In this document: positions 43,303 to 51,336 of the stretch, in pieces | Position numbering within the stretch: position 1 is the first letter of the stretch | How the letters are laid out: every line of letters begins with the position of its first letter | Assembly (NCBI GenBank): GCA_965223415.1 | Contig: OZ245002.1 | Span: 3,360,001-3,424,000, forward strand | From: Myxococcota bacterium | Lineage (GTDB): Bacteria; Myxococcota_A; UBA9160; UBA6930 | Length of the DNA stretch: 64,000 nucleotides | Reading direction: 5' to 3' | Position numbers and translations under genes: made by a program | The notes under the pieces: generated by a model | What the model was told of the DNA's origin: nothing | The model's database searches: none | The model's input: the letters and a program-made list of their open reading frames with translations, nothing else

Positions 43303-44199
43303 ATGGGCGTGCGTGTCGGCGTGGGGATCGGCTCCTTCGGCTTCGAGGAGGCCTCCGGCTGGTTCCGCTTCGTAGAGCGCCTGGAACGCGCGGGCGTCGA
43401 CTCCTTCTGGCAGACCGATCGGCTGGTCTCCCGCGAGCCCTACCTGGAGGCGATGTCGGCGATGGCCGCCCTGGCCGGCGCGACGGAGCGCATCAAGTTC
43501 GGGATGAATGCGGTGGTGATCGGGTTCCGCGATCCCCTGCTGCTGGCGAAGCAGTGCGCGACCATCGACTATCTGTCCGGCGGCCGTCTGCTGCCCGTGT
43601 TCGGGGTGGGTGCCGACGGCGCGCCGGAGTGGCAGGCCACGGGTCGGAGCCCGGCGCGCCGGGGCCGCTGCGCCAACGAGGCCCTCGCCCTGCTCTCGCG
43701 TCTGTGGTCCGAGGAGTCGGTGGACTTCGAGGGCGAGTTCTATCGCTACGAAGGCGCGCGTATCGAGCCGCGCCCGGTCCAGCAGCCGCTTCCCCTGTGG
43801 ATCGGCGGCAGTAGCAAGGCGGCGATCCGCCGCACGGCCCGGCTCGGCACCGGCTGGCTCGCCGGCATCACCGCACCGGGCCTGGTGGGCCCGGTGATCC
43901 GCTCGATCCAGGCGGAGGCCCGGGCCGTCGGCCGCACGATCGCCACGGACCACTTCGGCGCCACGATCCCCTTCCGTTTCGGCGGTGCCGACGACCCCAT
44001 GGCGAAGCGCCTCGCCGCGCGGGCCGGCGACGCCCTCGTGATCGGGACCCCCGCCGACCTGATCGCCCGGGCTCGCGCCTACCAGGAAGCCGGCGCGTCG
44101 AAGTTCGTCATGCTCCCCCTTGCCACCGGCGAGCACGACATCCTCCAGCAGACCGCTCCTCTCCTCGCCGAAGTCATCCCCCCCCTCGAATCCGCCTGA
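43303..44199 (+). CDS. LLM class flavin-dependent oxidoreductase
   Basis: LAGATERIKFG, ATIDYLSGGR and PLWIGG motifs. Confidence 0.9.
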   Translation: MGVRVGVGIGSFGFEEASGWFRFVERLERAGVDSFWQTDRLVSREPYLEAMSAMAALAGATERIKFGMNAVVIGFRDPLLLAKQCATIDYLSGGRLLPVFGVGADGAPEWQATGRSPARRGRCANEALALLSRLWSEESVDFEGEFYRYEGARIEPRPVQQPLPLWIGGSSKAAIRRTARLGTGWLAGITAPGLVGPVIRSIQAEARAVGRTIATDHFGATIPFRFGGADDPMAKRLAARAGDALVIGTPADLIARARAYQEAGASKFVMLPLATGEHDILQQTAPLLAEVIPPLESA

Positions 44200-44213
44200 C
44201 CGACCGGCTGAGA

Positions 44214-44281
44214 GCAAGAGTGGGGACGTTCCTTGCAACTTGCGCAATTGCGCAAGTTGCAAGGAACGTCCCCACTCTTGC
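44214..44281. repeat. 68-bp perfect palindrome (REP/REPIN-like) between convergent genes
   Basis: GCAAGAGTGGGGACGTTCCTTGCAACTTGCGCAA followed directly by its exact reverse complement. Confidence 0.92.
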
Positions 44282-44292
44282 GTTCTTGGGGG

Positions 44293-45018
44293 TCAGGCCT
44301 GGCGCAGGTGGGCGGCCATGCGGGTGCGGACGCGGTTCGCGAGCTCTTCCGGGTCGGTGCCGAGGGCGGTGGCGGGGATCTCCTCGAGGATGTCGACCCG
44401 GATCGGGTGGCGGCCCTGGAGGACGAAGCCACGCTTGGGGAGCGCGTCACCGCTGCCCTGGATGGTCATCACCAGCAGCGGCTTCTGGCAGCGGATGGCC
44501 AGCTCGAAGGCGCCGTTCTTGAATGGGCGGAGCTTGCCGTTCACCGACCGGGTGCCTTCCGGGAACATCATGATCGAGCTGCCCTCGTCGAGGGTCTGCT
44601 CGCAGGCGCGGAACATCTGGAGGACGCTCGAACGCTCCCCGCGGCGGATCTCGACGTAGCGATTGAGGCGCATGTTCCAGCCGATGAACGGCAGCCGGAA
44701 GTTCTCGATCTTCGACACCCACTTGAAGTGGGTGAAGAGGCGGAACAGGACGAGGATGTCCACCAGCGAAAGATGGTTCGAGACCATCACGTAGGTCTCG
44801 CGCGGCCGGATCTTCTCGCGCCCCTCGATCGAGACGTTCCACGCCGGATTGAACCATGTGTAGAGCGACGCCCAGAAGCAGGTGAAGCGGTGCAGCAGGA
44901 CCTTCCGGCGGTCGAACGGGGCGGTGACGGCCCAGACCAACACCGCCACCGGGAAGAGCAGGACCGACGAGATGGTGAGGAAGGCCCAGAAGACGAGGGA
45001 GCCGATGCGACGCGCCAC
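44293..45018 (-). CDS. plsC: 1-acyl-sn-glycerol-3-phosphate acyltransferase family
   Basis: NHLSLVD, FPEGTRS and FKNGAF motifs. Confidence 0.88.
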   Translation of the reverse strand: MARRIGSLVFWAFLTISSVLLFPVAVLVWAVTAPFDRRKVLLHRFTCFWASLYTWFNPAWNVSIEGREKIRPRETYVMVSNHLSLVDILVLFRLFTHFKWVSKIENFRLPFIGWNMRLNRYVEIRRGERSSVLQMFRACEQTLDEGSSIMMFPEGTRSVNGKLRPFKNGAFELAIRCQKPLLVMTIQGSGDALPKRGFVLQGRHPIRVDILEEIPATALGTDPEELANRVRTRMAAHLRQA

Positions 45019-45048
45019 GGCCGAGAGATTACCGCGGCCGTCCCCGGG

Positions 45049-46005
45049 CTACTCCAGCTCGAAGGAGCGGGCGTTGTCGCAGGCGATACCCGGATCGGCG
45101 CGAACCGCCTGCGCCCGGGCCCGATCGAGGGCGTCCGTATCCATGCGGGTGGGCAGCTCGTTCAGGTCGGCCAGCAGCGTCAGGCCCTCGGCCCGCGCCG
45201 CCGGATCGTTCTCGGCTTCGCCCAGGCAGACGAGGGCGACGCCGAGCTCGACCCGATAGTCGATCCGGCTCGGCACCACGTCCGCCGCCTGCCGGGCCAG
45301 GCGCACCGCAGCCAGCTTGTCGCCGCGGAAGCCCAGCATGCGCTCGATCCACCAGGTGTCGGGGACCATCCGGTAGTACACCGCCGCGCCGTAGTAGAGG
45401 TTGGCCCGCTCGTGGTTCCACTCGTTGTCGGTCCACACCGAGGGCTCGAGGGCGAGGCACCGCTCGAGCTCGATGCCGGATTCCTTGATCAGCCCGACCG
45501 AGCGCATCGCGCCCTTCACGGTGGCGATCCGGGAGGTGGAGGCGAAGTGGTAGAAGCAGCATTCGACGCAGCCCGGGTCGGCGGCGGCGGCCGCTCCGGC
45601 GCGGGCGCGGGCCTCCTCGAAGATCGCGAGCCGCTGCTCCTTGTCCTCGATCGGCACCGCCTCCCCCACCACCATCAGGTCGCGGGCCAGCCTCCAGGAC
45701 GTGTGGACGTCGCCGGGCTGGAGATCGAGGATGCGCCGCTTGATCTCGGCGGCCCGGCGGCTATCGCCGGTGGCTTCGGCCTCGACGCTGTCGGCCCACA
45801 GGCTCGCCAGGCTCGGATCGCCGAGCAGGTCCGGCGTGCGCAGGGAGGGGGCGATCGCGTCGACCGGCGGCAGGGTCGCCGCCTCGGCCGGAGTGCTGGC
45901 CAGCGCCACTTCCTCGGCGCCGCAGGCGGCCGCCAGGAGCCAGAAGGCGCCGGCCCAGGCCGCGGGCCGGCTTCGACGTAGGAGCAGGAGGAGCATCGAT
46001 CGCAT
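45049..46005 (-). CDS. TPR-like helical lipoprotein, hypothetical
   Basis: LAAAC lipobox-like signal and helical repeats (WRLARD...); start uncertain. Confidence 0.7.
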   Translation of the reverse strand: MRSMLLLLLRRSRPAAWAGAFWLLAAACGAEEVALASTPAEAATLPPVDAIAPSLRTPDLLGDPSLASLWADSVEAEATGDSRRAAEIKRRILDLQPGDVHTSWRLARDLMVVGEAVPIEDKEQRLAIFEEARARAGAAAAADPGCVECCFYHFASTSRIATVKGAMRSVGLIKESGIELERCLALEPSVWTDNEWNHERANLYYGAAVYYRMVPDTWWIERMLGFRGDKLAAVRLARQAADVVPSRIDYRVELGVALVCLGEAENDPAARAEGLTLLADLNELPTRMDTDALDRARAQAVRADPGIACDNARSFELE

Positions 46006-46149
46006 GGCTGGATTCCCCGTAGGCGTGGGTGTCCGGCGAGCGTCTGGAGGTGTCAGCATGCCGTGTCCCGCGGGGAATAGCCAGGGAGCGGCGACGAGGC
46101 CGTAACCGGCCCCGTGCCCGCCGCGTAGTCCTGCGCGGAGGCCGGGGAA

Positions 46150-47112
46150 ATGGGCGCATGGGTCCGGGGAAGGGCGGGGCGGCTCCTCGCCGCGGCGTGG
46201 GGCGCGCTGGCGGCCGCTGCGGCCCCGGCCGAGCCGATCCGCAATGGCTTCGACCTCGCGGACGCCGCCGTGCCGGCCGAGGAGATCCTCGCCGGGGGCC
46301 CGGCCCGGGACGACATTCCCGCCCTCGACCACCCCGAGGCCATCGGCTCCGCCGGCGCCGACTGGGACGACGACGTCTTGGTGCTGGGCTTCGCCGAGAA
46401 CGGCGAGGCCCGGGCCTACCCGGTGCCAATCCTCGACTGGCACGAGCTGGTGAACGACACGGTGGGAGGCCGCCCGGTGCTCGTCAGCTGGTGTCCCCTG
46501 TGCGGCACGGGGATGGTCTTCGACCGCCGGGTCGGCGAGGCCGATCGACACTTCGGTGTGTCGGGCCTGCTCTACCGCTCCGACGTCCTGATGTACGACC
46601 GGGAGACCGAGAGCCTGTGGTCCCAGATCTCCTCCCGGGCGATCAGCGGGCCGAGCCGGGGCCGCGAGCTCCGGCTGCTGCGCTCCCGGATGGAGCGCTG
46701 GGGCGCGTGGCGGCTGCGGCATCCCCACACCACGGTGCTCTCCCGGCGTACCGGCCACCAGCGGGCCTACGGCCGCTCACCCTACGCCGGCTACGCCACC
46801 TCGAAACGCCTGCGGTTCCCGACTCCGACCGACGACCGCTACCACCCGAAGATGCCGACCGTGGGGCTGCGCCTGCCCGGCGGCGTCGCCCGCGGCTATC
46901 CGGCGGAAGAGCTGGTCCGGGCCGGTGGATTCGCGGAGGAGGAGCTGGCCGGCCACCGGGTTCGCGTCCGCTACGACGACACCGCCCAGACCTTCGACGT
47001 CGAGGCGCCGGAGGGGGTGGAGGTGATCGAGGGGTTCTGGTTCGCCTGGGCGGCCTTCCACCCGGACGCCAGTGTGTTTCGAGTCCCAGCTTCCGGAGGA
47101 ACGCTCCCATGA
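46150..47112 (+). CDS. DUF3179 domain exported protein (CxxC)
   Basis: GGPARDDIPALD, ARAYP, WHELVND, WCPLCGTG, FGVSGLLY and YDRETESLWSQ motifs. Confidence 0.88.
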   Translation: MGAWVRGRAGRLLAAAWGALAAAAAPAEPIRNGFDLADAAVPAEEILAGGPARDDIPALDHPEAIGSAGADWDDDVLVLGFAENGEARAYPVPILDWHELVNDTVGGRPVLVSWCPLCGTGMVFDRRVGEADRHFGVSGLLYRSDVLMYDRETESLWSQISSRAISGPSRGRELRLLRSRMERWGAWRLRHPHTTVLSRRTGHQRAYGRSPYAGYATSKRLRFPTPTDDRYHPKMPTVGLRLPGGVARGYPAEELVRAGGFAEEELAGHRVRVRYDDTAQTFDVEAPEGVEVIEGFWFAWAAFHPDASVFRVPASGGTLP

Positions 47113-47837
47113 CGAAGATCGCCAACGTCCTGTCCTGCATCGCGCTCGCCACCCTGCTCGCGGCGCCGGCCGCCGCGGAGAACCCCTGCAACCCGTGCGC
47201 GGCCAATCCATGCGCCGAGAACCCGTGTGCGGCGAACCCCTGCGCGGCCAACCCGTATGCGGCGAACCCCTGCGCGGCCAACCCGTGTGCGGCGAACCCC
47301 TGCGGCGGCAACCCCTGCGCCGCCCCGAACCCGTGCAATCCCTGCGGCGGAAACCCCTGCAATCCCTGCGGTGGCGGAACGACGGACGCCTCGCGCTTCG
47401 TGCAGCCGAAGGGCGCCGCGCTCGCCAGCGCCGACGCGGCGACGCTCAGGGCCGAAGGGGAGACGCTCTGGAACGACAAGTCGCTCTCGAAGAGCGGAGC
47501 GCTCTCGTGCGCGACCTGCCACGTCGGCGGCACCACCCAGATGAACGCCAGCTTCGGTGCGCCCTATCCGCATCGGGTGGCGATGCCCCACCAGGCGGCG
47601 GGCGTGGAGGAGGTGAACGCCGCCGAGATGGTGCAGTTCTGCATGGTCACGCCGATGGCGAACGAGCCGCTGCCCTGGTCTTCCCGCCAGCTGGCGGCCC
47701 TGACGGCCTACGTCGAGAAGCTGCAGGAGGGCTTCGTCGCGCCGGCCGCCGGTACAGGTGCGGGGGTAAACCCCTGCAATCCCTGCGGAGCGAATCCCTG
47801 CGCAGGCGGGAACCCCTGCAACCCGTGCGGCAACTAA
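47109..47837 (+). CDS. Exported monoheme cytochrome c flanked by Asn-Pro-Cys repeats
   Basis: Signal peptide; 13 NPC (+1 NPY) N-terminal and 5 NPC C-terminal; CATCH heme motif. Confidence 0.85.
   Translation: MTKIANVLSCIALATLLAAPAAAENPCNPCAANPCAENPCAANPCAANPYAANPCAANPCAANPCGGNPCAAPNPCNPCGGNPCNPCGGGTTDASRFVQPKGAALASADAATLRAEGETLWNDKSLSKSGALSCATCHVGGTTQMNASFGAPYPHRVAMPHQAAGVEEVNAAEMVQFCMVTPMANEPLPWSSRQLAALTAYVEKLQEGFVAPAAGTGAGVNPCNPCGANPCAGGNPCNPCGN
47181..47369 (+). repeat. Coding tandem repeat (15/30-bp units) encoding (AA/GG)NPC
   Basis: AACCCGTGTGCGGCGAACCCCTGCGCGGCC-like unit x3 at 47220-47309 plus degenerate copies. Confidence 0.85.
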
Positions 47838-47958
47838 TCCGTACGAGTGCACGCGCCGGGCGGTCGGCACCCGTCGCCCGGCGCCAACGTTTCGCCCCAT
47901 CCAGGCGAATTCGGGGACCGACAGCGACCCCTCCTGCTGTCGGTCCCCACCCCTGGCC

Positions 47959-49170
47959 TCAGCGCGGCCGACGCAGCTCCGCCAGCACGTAGGACGAGCG
48001 CCGTGTCCGCTCCAGCGCGTCGGCGATCAGCGCCCGGGCTTCCTCGTCCTCGAGCCGCGGCAGGTAGCGCTCGAAGACGCCCCGGTAGTGGAAGTCCGGG
48101 TCGACGGTCACCCGCCCGACCAGGCCCGCCGCCTGGGGCTCGAAGGGGAGCTCGTAGGCGAGGCGCGCCGTTCCACCGGCCGGCACCCGGGTGTCGAAGA
48201 CGTCCTCGCCCTTCCGGAAGTCGACCTTGCGGCCGATGGTGTGCTCGCGACGCGTGTCCCGGATCTCGGCCCCCGCGCCGTCGACCTGCCACACGGCCAT
48301 CACCACGCGCGGCGTCACGTAGGTGGGGAACGCATGGCCGACGCCGTGAGCGGTCACCACCAGCACAGGCGCCTCGCCCGGGGCCCAGGCGACGTCCACG
48401 CCGGCGGCGACCATCTCCCGGTCGTGGATGCCCCGCCAGAGGTGGCGGCGGTCGGGCATGTGGCAGCTCTGGCAGGTCTGGCCGCGGGCCGCATGGGGGC
48501 TCTCCTGCCATTCGAAGAAGGTGTTCTGCACGTTGATGCCCTTGCGATCGAAGAACTGATGGCAGGGGGCGCAGAAGCGCGACTCCTGGAAGTCGGGGCG
48601 AGCCTCGAAGCCGCCGTGGGGCAGCGCTTCGGGAAGCGGCGGCAGCTCCGCGCGGCGCGGCGGGCCGAGACGCTGGTGCGCTCGCACGTGGCAGCCGGCG
48701 CACACCAGGCCCTGGGCGCGCAGGTCCGCCCGATGGTCCGGGCGCGGCTCGTGGTCCGGCCCCGGACCGAAGGGCTGCTGCTCCTCGAGCGGCGTGTGGC
48801 AGCGCTGGCAGCCGCGCAGCGCGTGGGGCCGGGCGTTGGCCCCTTCGATCAGCTGGCCGGCGAAGCCCGGCGAGAAGGCGTCGGCGTGCAGGGACGTCTC
48901 CCAGTCGGCGAGCTGCTGCGGGTGACAGGCGCCGCAGTCCTTCGGGTCCAGGGACGCCTCGAGCGGGCTCCAGCCTTCCGGTGCCGGGCCCTGGGCGGCG
49001 ACCGGGCGCTTCCAGTGGGCCTCCAGGAAGGGTCCCAGGGCCCGCTCGCGCTGGGTCGGGCGCCCGGCCTCCCCGGGGTCGGGGGAAGGCGGGTCCATCG
49101 GGCCCGCCGACTCCTCGCCCTCGCAGGCGGGGAGCAGCAGGACGAGCAGGGCGAGCGCGTGCCACCTCAT
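47959..49170 (-). CDS. Pentaheme c-type cytochrome lipoprotein (c554-like)
   Basis: CGACH, CQRCH, CAGCH, CAPCH and CQSCH; LPAC lipobox; GHAFPT motif. Confidence 0.9.
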   Translation of the reverse strand: MRWHALALLVLLLPACEGEESAGPMDPPSPDPGEAGRPTQRERALGPFLEAHWKRPVAAQGPAPEGWSPLEASLDPKDCGACHPQQLADWETSLHADAFSPGFAGQLIEGANARPHALRGCQRCHTPLEEQQPFGPGPDHEPRPDHRADLRAQGLVCAGCHVRAHQRLGPPRRAELPPLPEALPHGGFEARPDFQESRFCAPCHQFFDRKGINVQNTFFEWQESPHAARGQTCQSCHMPDRRHLWRGIHDREMVAAGVDVAWAPGEAPVLVVTAHGVGHAFPTYVTPRVVMAVWQVDGAGAEIRDTRREHTIGRKVDFRKGEDVFDTRVPAGGTARLAYELPFEPQAAGLVGRVTVDPDFHYRGVFERYLPRLEDEEARALIADALERTRRSSYVLAELRRPR

Positions 49171-49201
49171 CGCCGCTCCTACGCGAGGCGGCCTGCGGCG
49201 G

Positions 49202-49600
49202 TTACTCCGGGCCTTCCGCGCGGGCGCCGTCCACGCTCCAGAGGCCGGCGCCCTTCGCGGCGATCAACAGGAAGACCCAGCAGTAGGCGATGGAGAGCTC
49301 GCCCTGGTTCAGGATCGGGAAGAACTCGCCGGACTGCCCCCAGTGGGCCATGAAGTAGGCCACGGCCATGGTTCCGCTGGAGAGGAAGGCGGCCGGCCCC
49401 GTGAAGAGGCCGATCGCGACTAGCGCCCCGCACACCAGCTCGATGCCGCCGGCGCCGTAGACGATGAAGGCCGGCGCACCGTCCGGCGGGCCGCCGAAGA
49501 GCCCGAAGACCTTCTGCAGGCCATGCTGGAGGAAGAGCAAGCCGATCAGGATGCGCATCGCGGCGTAGATCTTCTCGGTGTGCGGTCGAAGGAAGTCCAT
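49202..49600 (-). CDS. DoxX family membrane protein
   Basis: [21 protein letters not shown] and NQGEL motifs. Confidence 0.9.
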   Translation of the reverse strand: MDFLRPHTEKIYAAMRILIGLLFLQHGLQKVFGLFGGPPDGAPAFIVYGAGGIELVCGALVAIGLFTGPAAFLSSGTMAVAYFMAHWGQSGEFFPILNQGELSIAYCWVFLLIAAKGAGLWSVDGARAEGPE

Positions 49601-49709
49601 CTCGTCTCCTCGCTGGGGCCCCCGGGGCGGGCTGGGACCATGGCTGCCGCGAGTCTACCCTGGCTCGCAACCACGGGCCGGGTCGGGCATCCCAGGTCCG
49701 AGGAGCGCC

Positions 49710-50678
49710 ATGAGGATCTTCCGTCCCGCCCCGATTCCCTCTTCCGAGATCACCTCGGAGAAGCAGTTCCGCGAGCGCCGCGCCTTCCTGCGCGCGGCTG
49801 CGGGCGGCGCCGCCGGCCTCGCGTTGCCCGGCTGCTTCGACGCCGGCGAGGTGGAGGCGGCACCTCGCCGCGAGCCGACGCCGCTCTCCGGCGTCGCTCC
49901 CGGGCCGAAGGAATTCCAGACCGACGAGCCCCACACGCCCTTCGAGGACGCCTCCTCGTATAACAACTTCTACGAGTTCGGCACCGACAAGTCGGACCCC
50001 AAGCGCTACGCCGGGAGCCTGCGCCCGCGCCCCTGGTCCGTGGCGATCGAGGGGGAGGTCGGCCGGCCCGGGCGCATCGACCTGGACGACCTGCTGCGTC
50101 CCCACACGCCCGAGGAGCGGGTCTACCGGCTGCGCTGCGTCGAGGCCTGGTCGATGGTGATCCCCTGGCTGGGGATTCCCCTGGGCGAGATCCTGAAGCG
50201 CTTCGAGCCCACGTCGAAGGCGAAGTACGTGGCCTTCGAGACCCTGGTCGATCCCGAGCAGATGCCGGGCCAGAAGCGTCTGGTGCTCGAATGGCCGTAC
50301 CGGGAGGGCCTGCGCATCGACGAGGCCATGCAGCCGCTCACCATCCTCGCCGTCGGCATGTACGGCAAGGAGCTCCCGAACCAGAACGGGGCTCCGCTGC
50401 GGCTGGTGGTGCCGTGGAAGTACGGCTTCAAGAGCATCAAGTCCATCGTCACGATCCGACTCACCGAGACCCAGCCCGTGACGACCTGGAGCCAGGAGAA
50501 CCGGCGCGAGTACGGCTTCTTCGCCAACGTGAACCCCGAGGTCTCCCACCCGCGCTGGAGCCAGGCGCGGGAGCGGCGCATCGGCGAGTGGAAGAAGCGG
50601 CCGACCCTCATGCTCAACGGCTACGCCGACCAGGTCGCCTCGCTCTACCGGGGCATGGATCCGAAGAAGCTCTACTGA
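49710..50678 (+). CDS. msrP: Protein-methionine-sulfoxide reductase catalytic subunit
   Basis: Tat signal [21 protein letters not shown] and [10 protein letters not shown] motifs. Confidence 0.95.
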   Translation: MRIFRPAPIPSSEITSEKQFRERRAFLRAAAGGAAGLALPGCFDAGEVEAAPRREPTPLSGVAPGPKEFQTDEPHTPFEDASSYNNFYEFGTDKSDPKRYAGSLRPRPWSVAIEGEVGRPGRIDLDDLLRPHTPEERVYRLRCVEAWSMVIPWLGIPLGEILKRFEPTSKAKYVAFETLVDPEQMPGQKRLVLEWPYREGLRIDEAMQPLTILAVGMYGKELPNQNGAPLRLVVPWKYGFKSIKSIVTIRLTETQPVTTWSQENRREYGFFANVNPEVSHPRWSQARERRIGEWKKRPTLMLNGYADQVASLYRGMDPKKLY

Positions 50679-50689
50679 GGAGAAGCGCC

Positions 50690-51271
50690 CTGCTGCACCG
50701 GGCCGTCGTCGGCCTCCTACTCCTCCCCCTCGTCGTCGTGACGGTCGGCGCACTCACGGACCGGCTCGGGGCGAACCCGGTGGAGCAGCTCACCCACGCA
50801 ACCGGTGAATGGGCGCTGCGCTGTCTGCTCCTCTGCCTCGCGGTGACGCCGGCGCGCCGCCTCTTCGGGTGGACGCGCCTGGCGCCCTACCGGCGGAGCC
50901 TCGGGCTGCTCGCCTTCACCTACGCCGTGTGCCACTTGGCCGTGTTCCTCGTGTTCGACCTCGGCCTCGACCCGGGCTTCCTGCTCGAGGAGATCGCCGA
51001 ACGTCCCTACGTCACGATCGGGTTCGCGTCGTTCCTGTGCATGACGCCGCTCGCCATCACCTCGACCCGCCGCTGGCAGCAGCGGCTGGGGCGTCGGTGG
51101 ATCGCGCTCCATCGCCTGGCCTACGCGGCCGGGGTGTTGGGCGTCCTGCACTTCCTGTGGCTGGCGAAGGCCGATCTCGTGGCACCGGGGGTCCACGCGG
51201 CCCTCCTGGCGCTCCTGCTGACGCTGCGTCGCTGGAAGTGGCCCGAGAACGCCGCGAAAACGGGGATCTGA
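50690..51271 (+). CDS. msrQ: Protein-methionine-sulfoxide reductase heme-binding subunit (probable CTG start)
   Basis: LGANPVEQLTHATGEWAL, RRSLGL, PLAITS and WIALHRLAY motifs. Confidence 0.88.
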   Translation: MLHRAVVGLLLLPLVVVTVGALTDRLGANPVEQLTHATGEWALRCLLLCLAVTPARRLFGWTRLAPYRRSLGLLAFTYAVCHLAVFLVFDLGLDPGFLLEEIAERPYVTIGFASFLCMTPLAITSTRRWQQRLGRRWIALHRLAYAAGVLGVLHFLWLAKADLVAPGVHAALLALLLTLRRWKWPENAAKTGI

Positions 51272-51336
51272 GCCGCCCCGGGAGCCCTCCGCGCGCGATG
51301 CCGTTATGATGTGGCCCGTTCATCCGAGGGGGAACC

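Noticed and set aside
44220..44300. Mirror ORF starts (MQLAQLRKLQGTSPLL) on both strands
   Set aside because: Artefact of the perfect palindrome
46150..47112. Selenocysteine in DUF3179
   Set aside because: The redox motif is CPLC encoded by TGT/TGC; no in-frame TGA
47181..47369. Possible CRISPR array
   Set aside because: Repeats are contiguous in-frame coding units with no unique spacers; no cas genes
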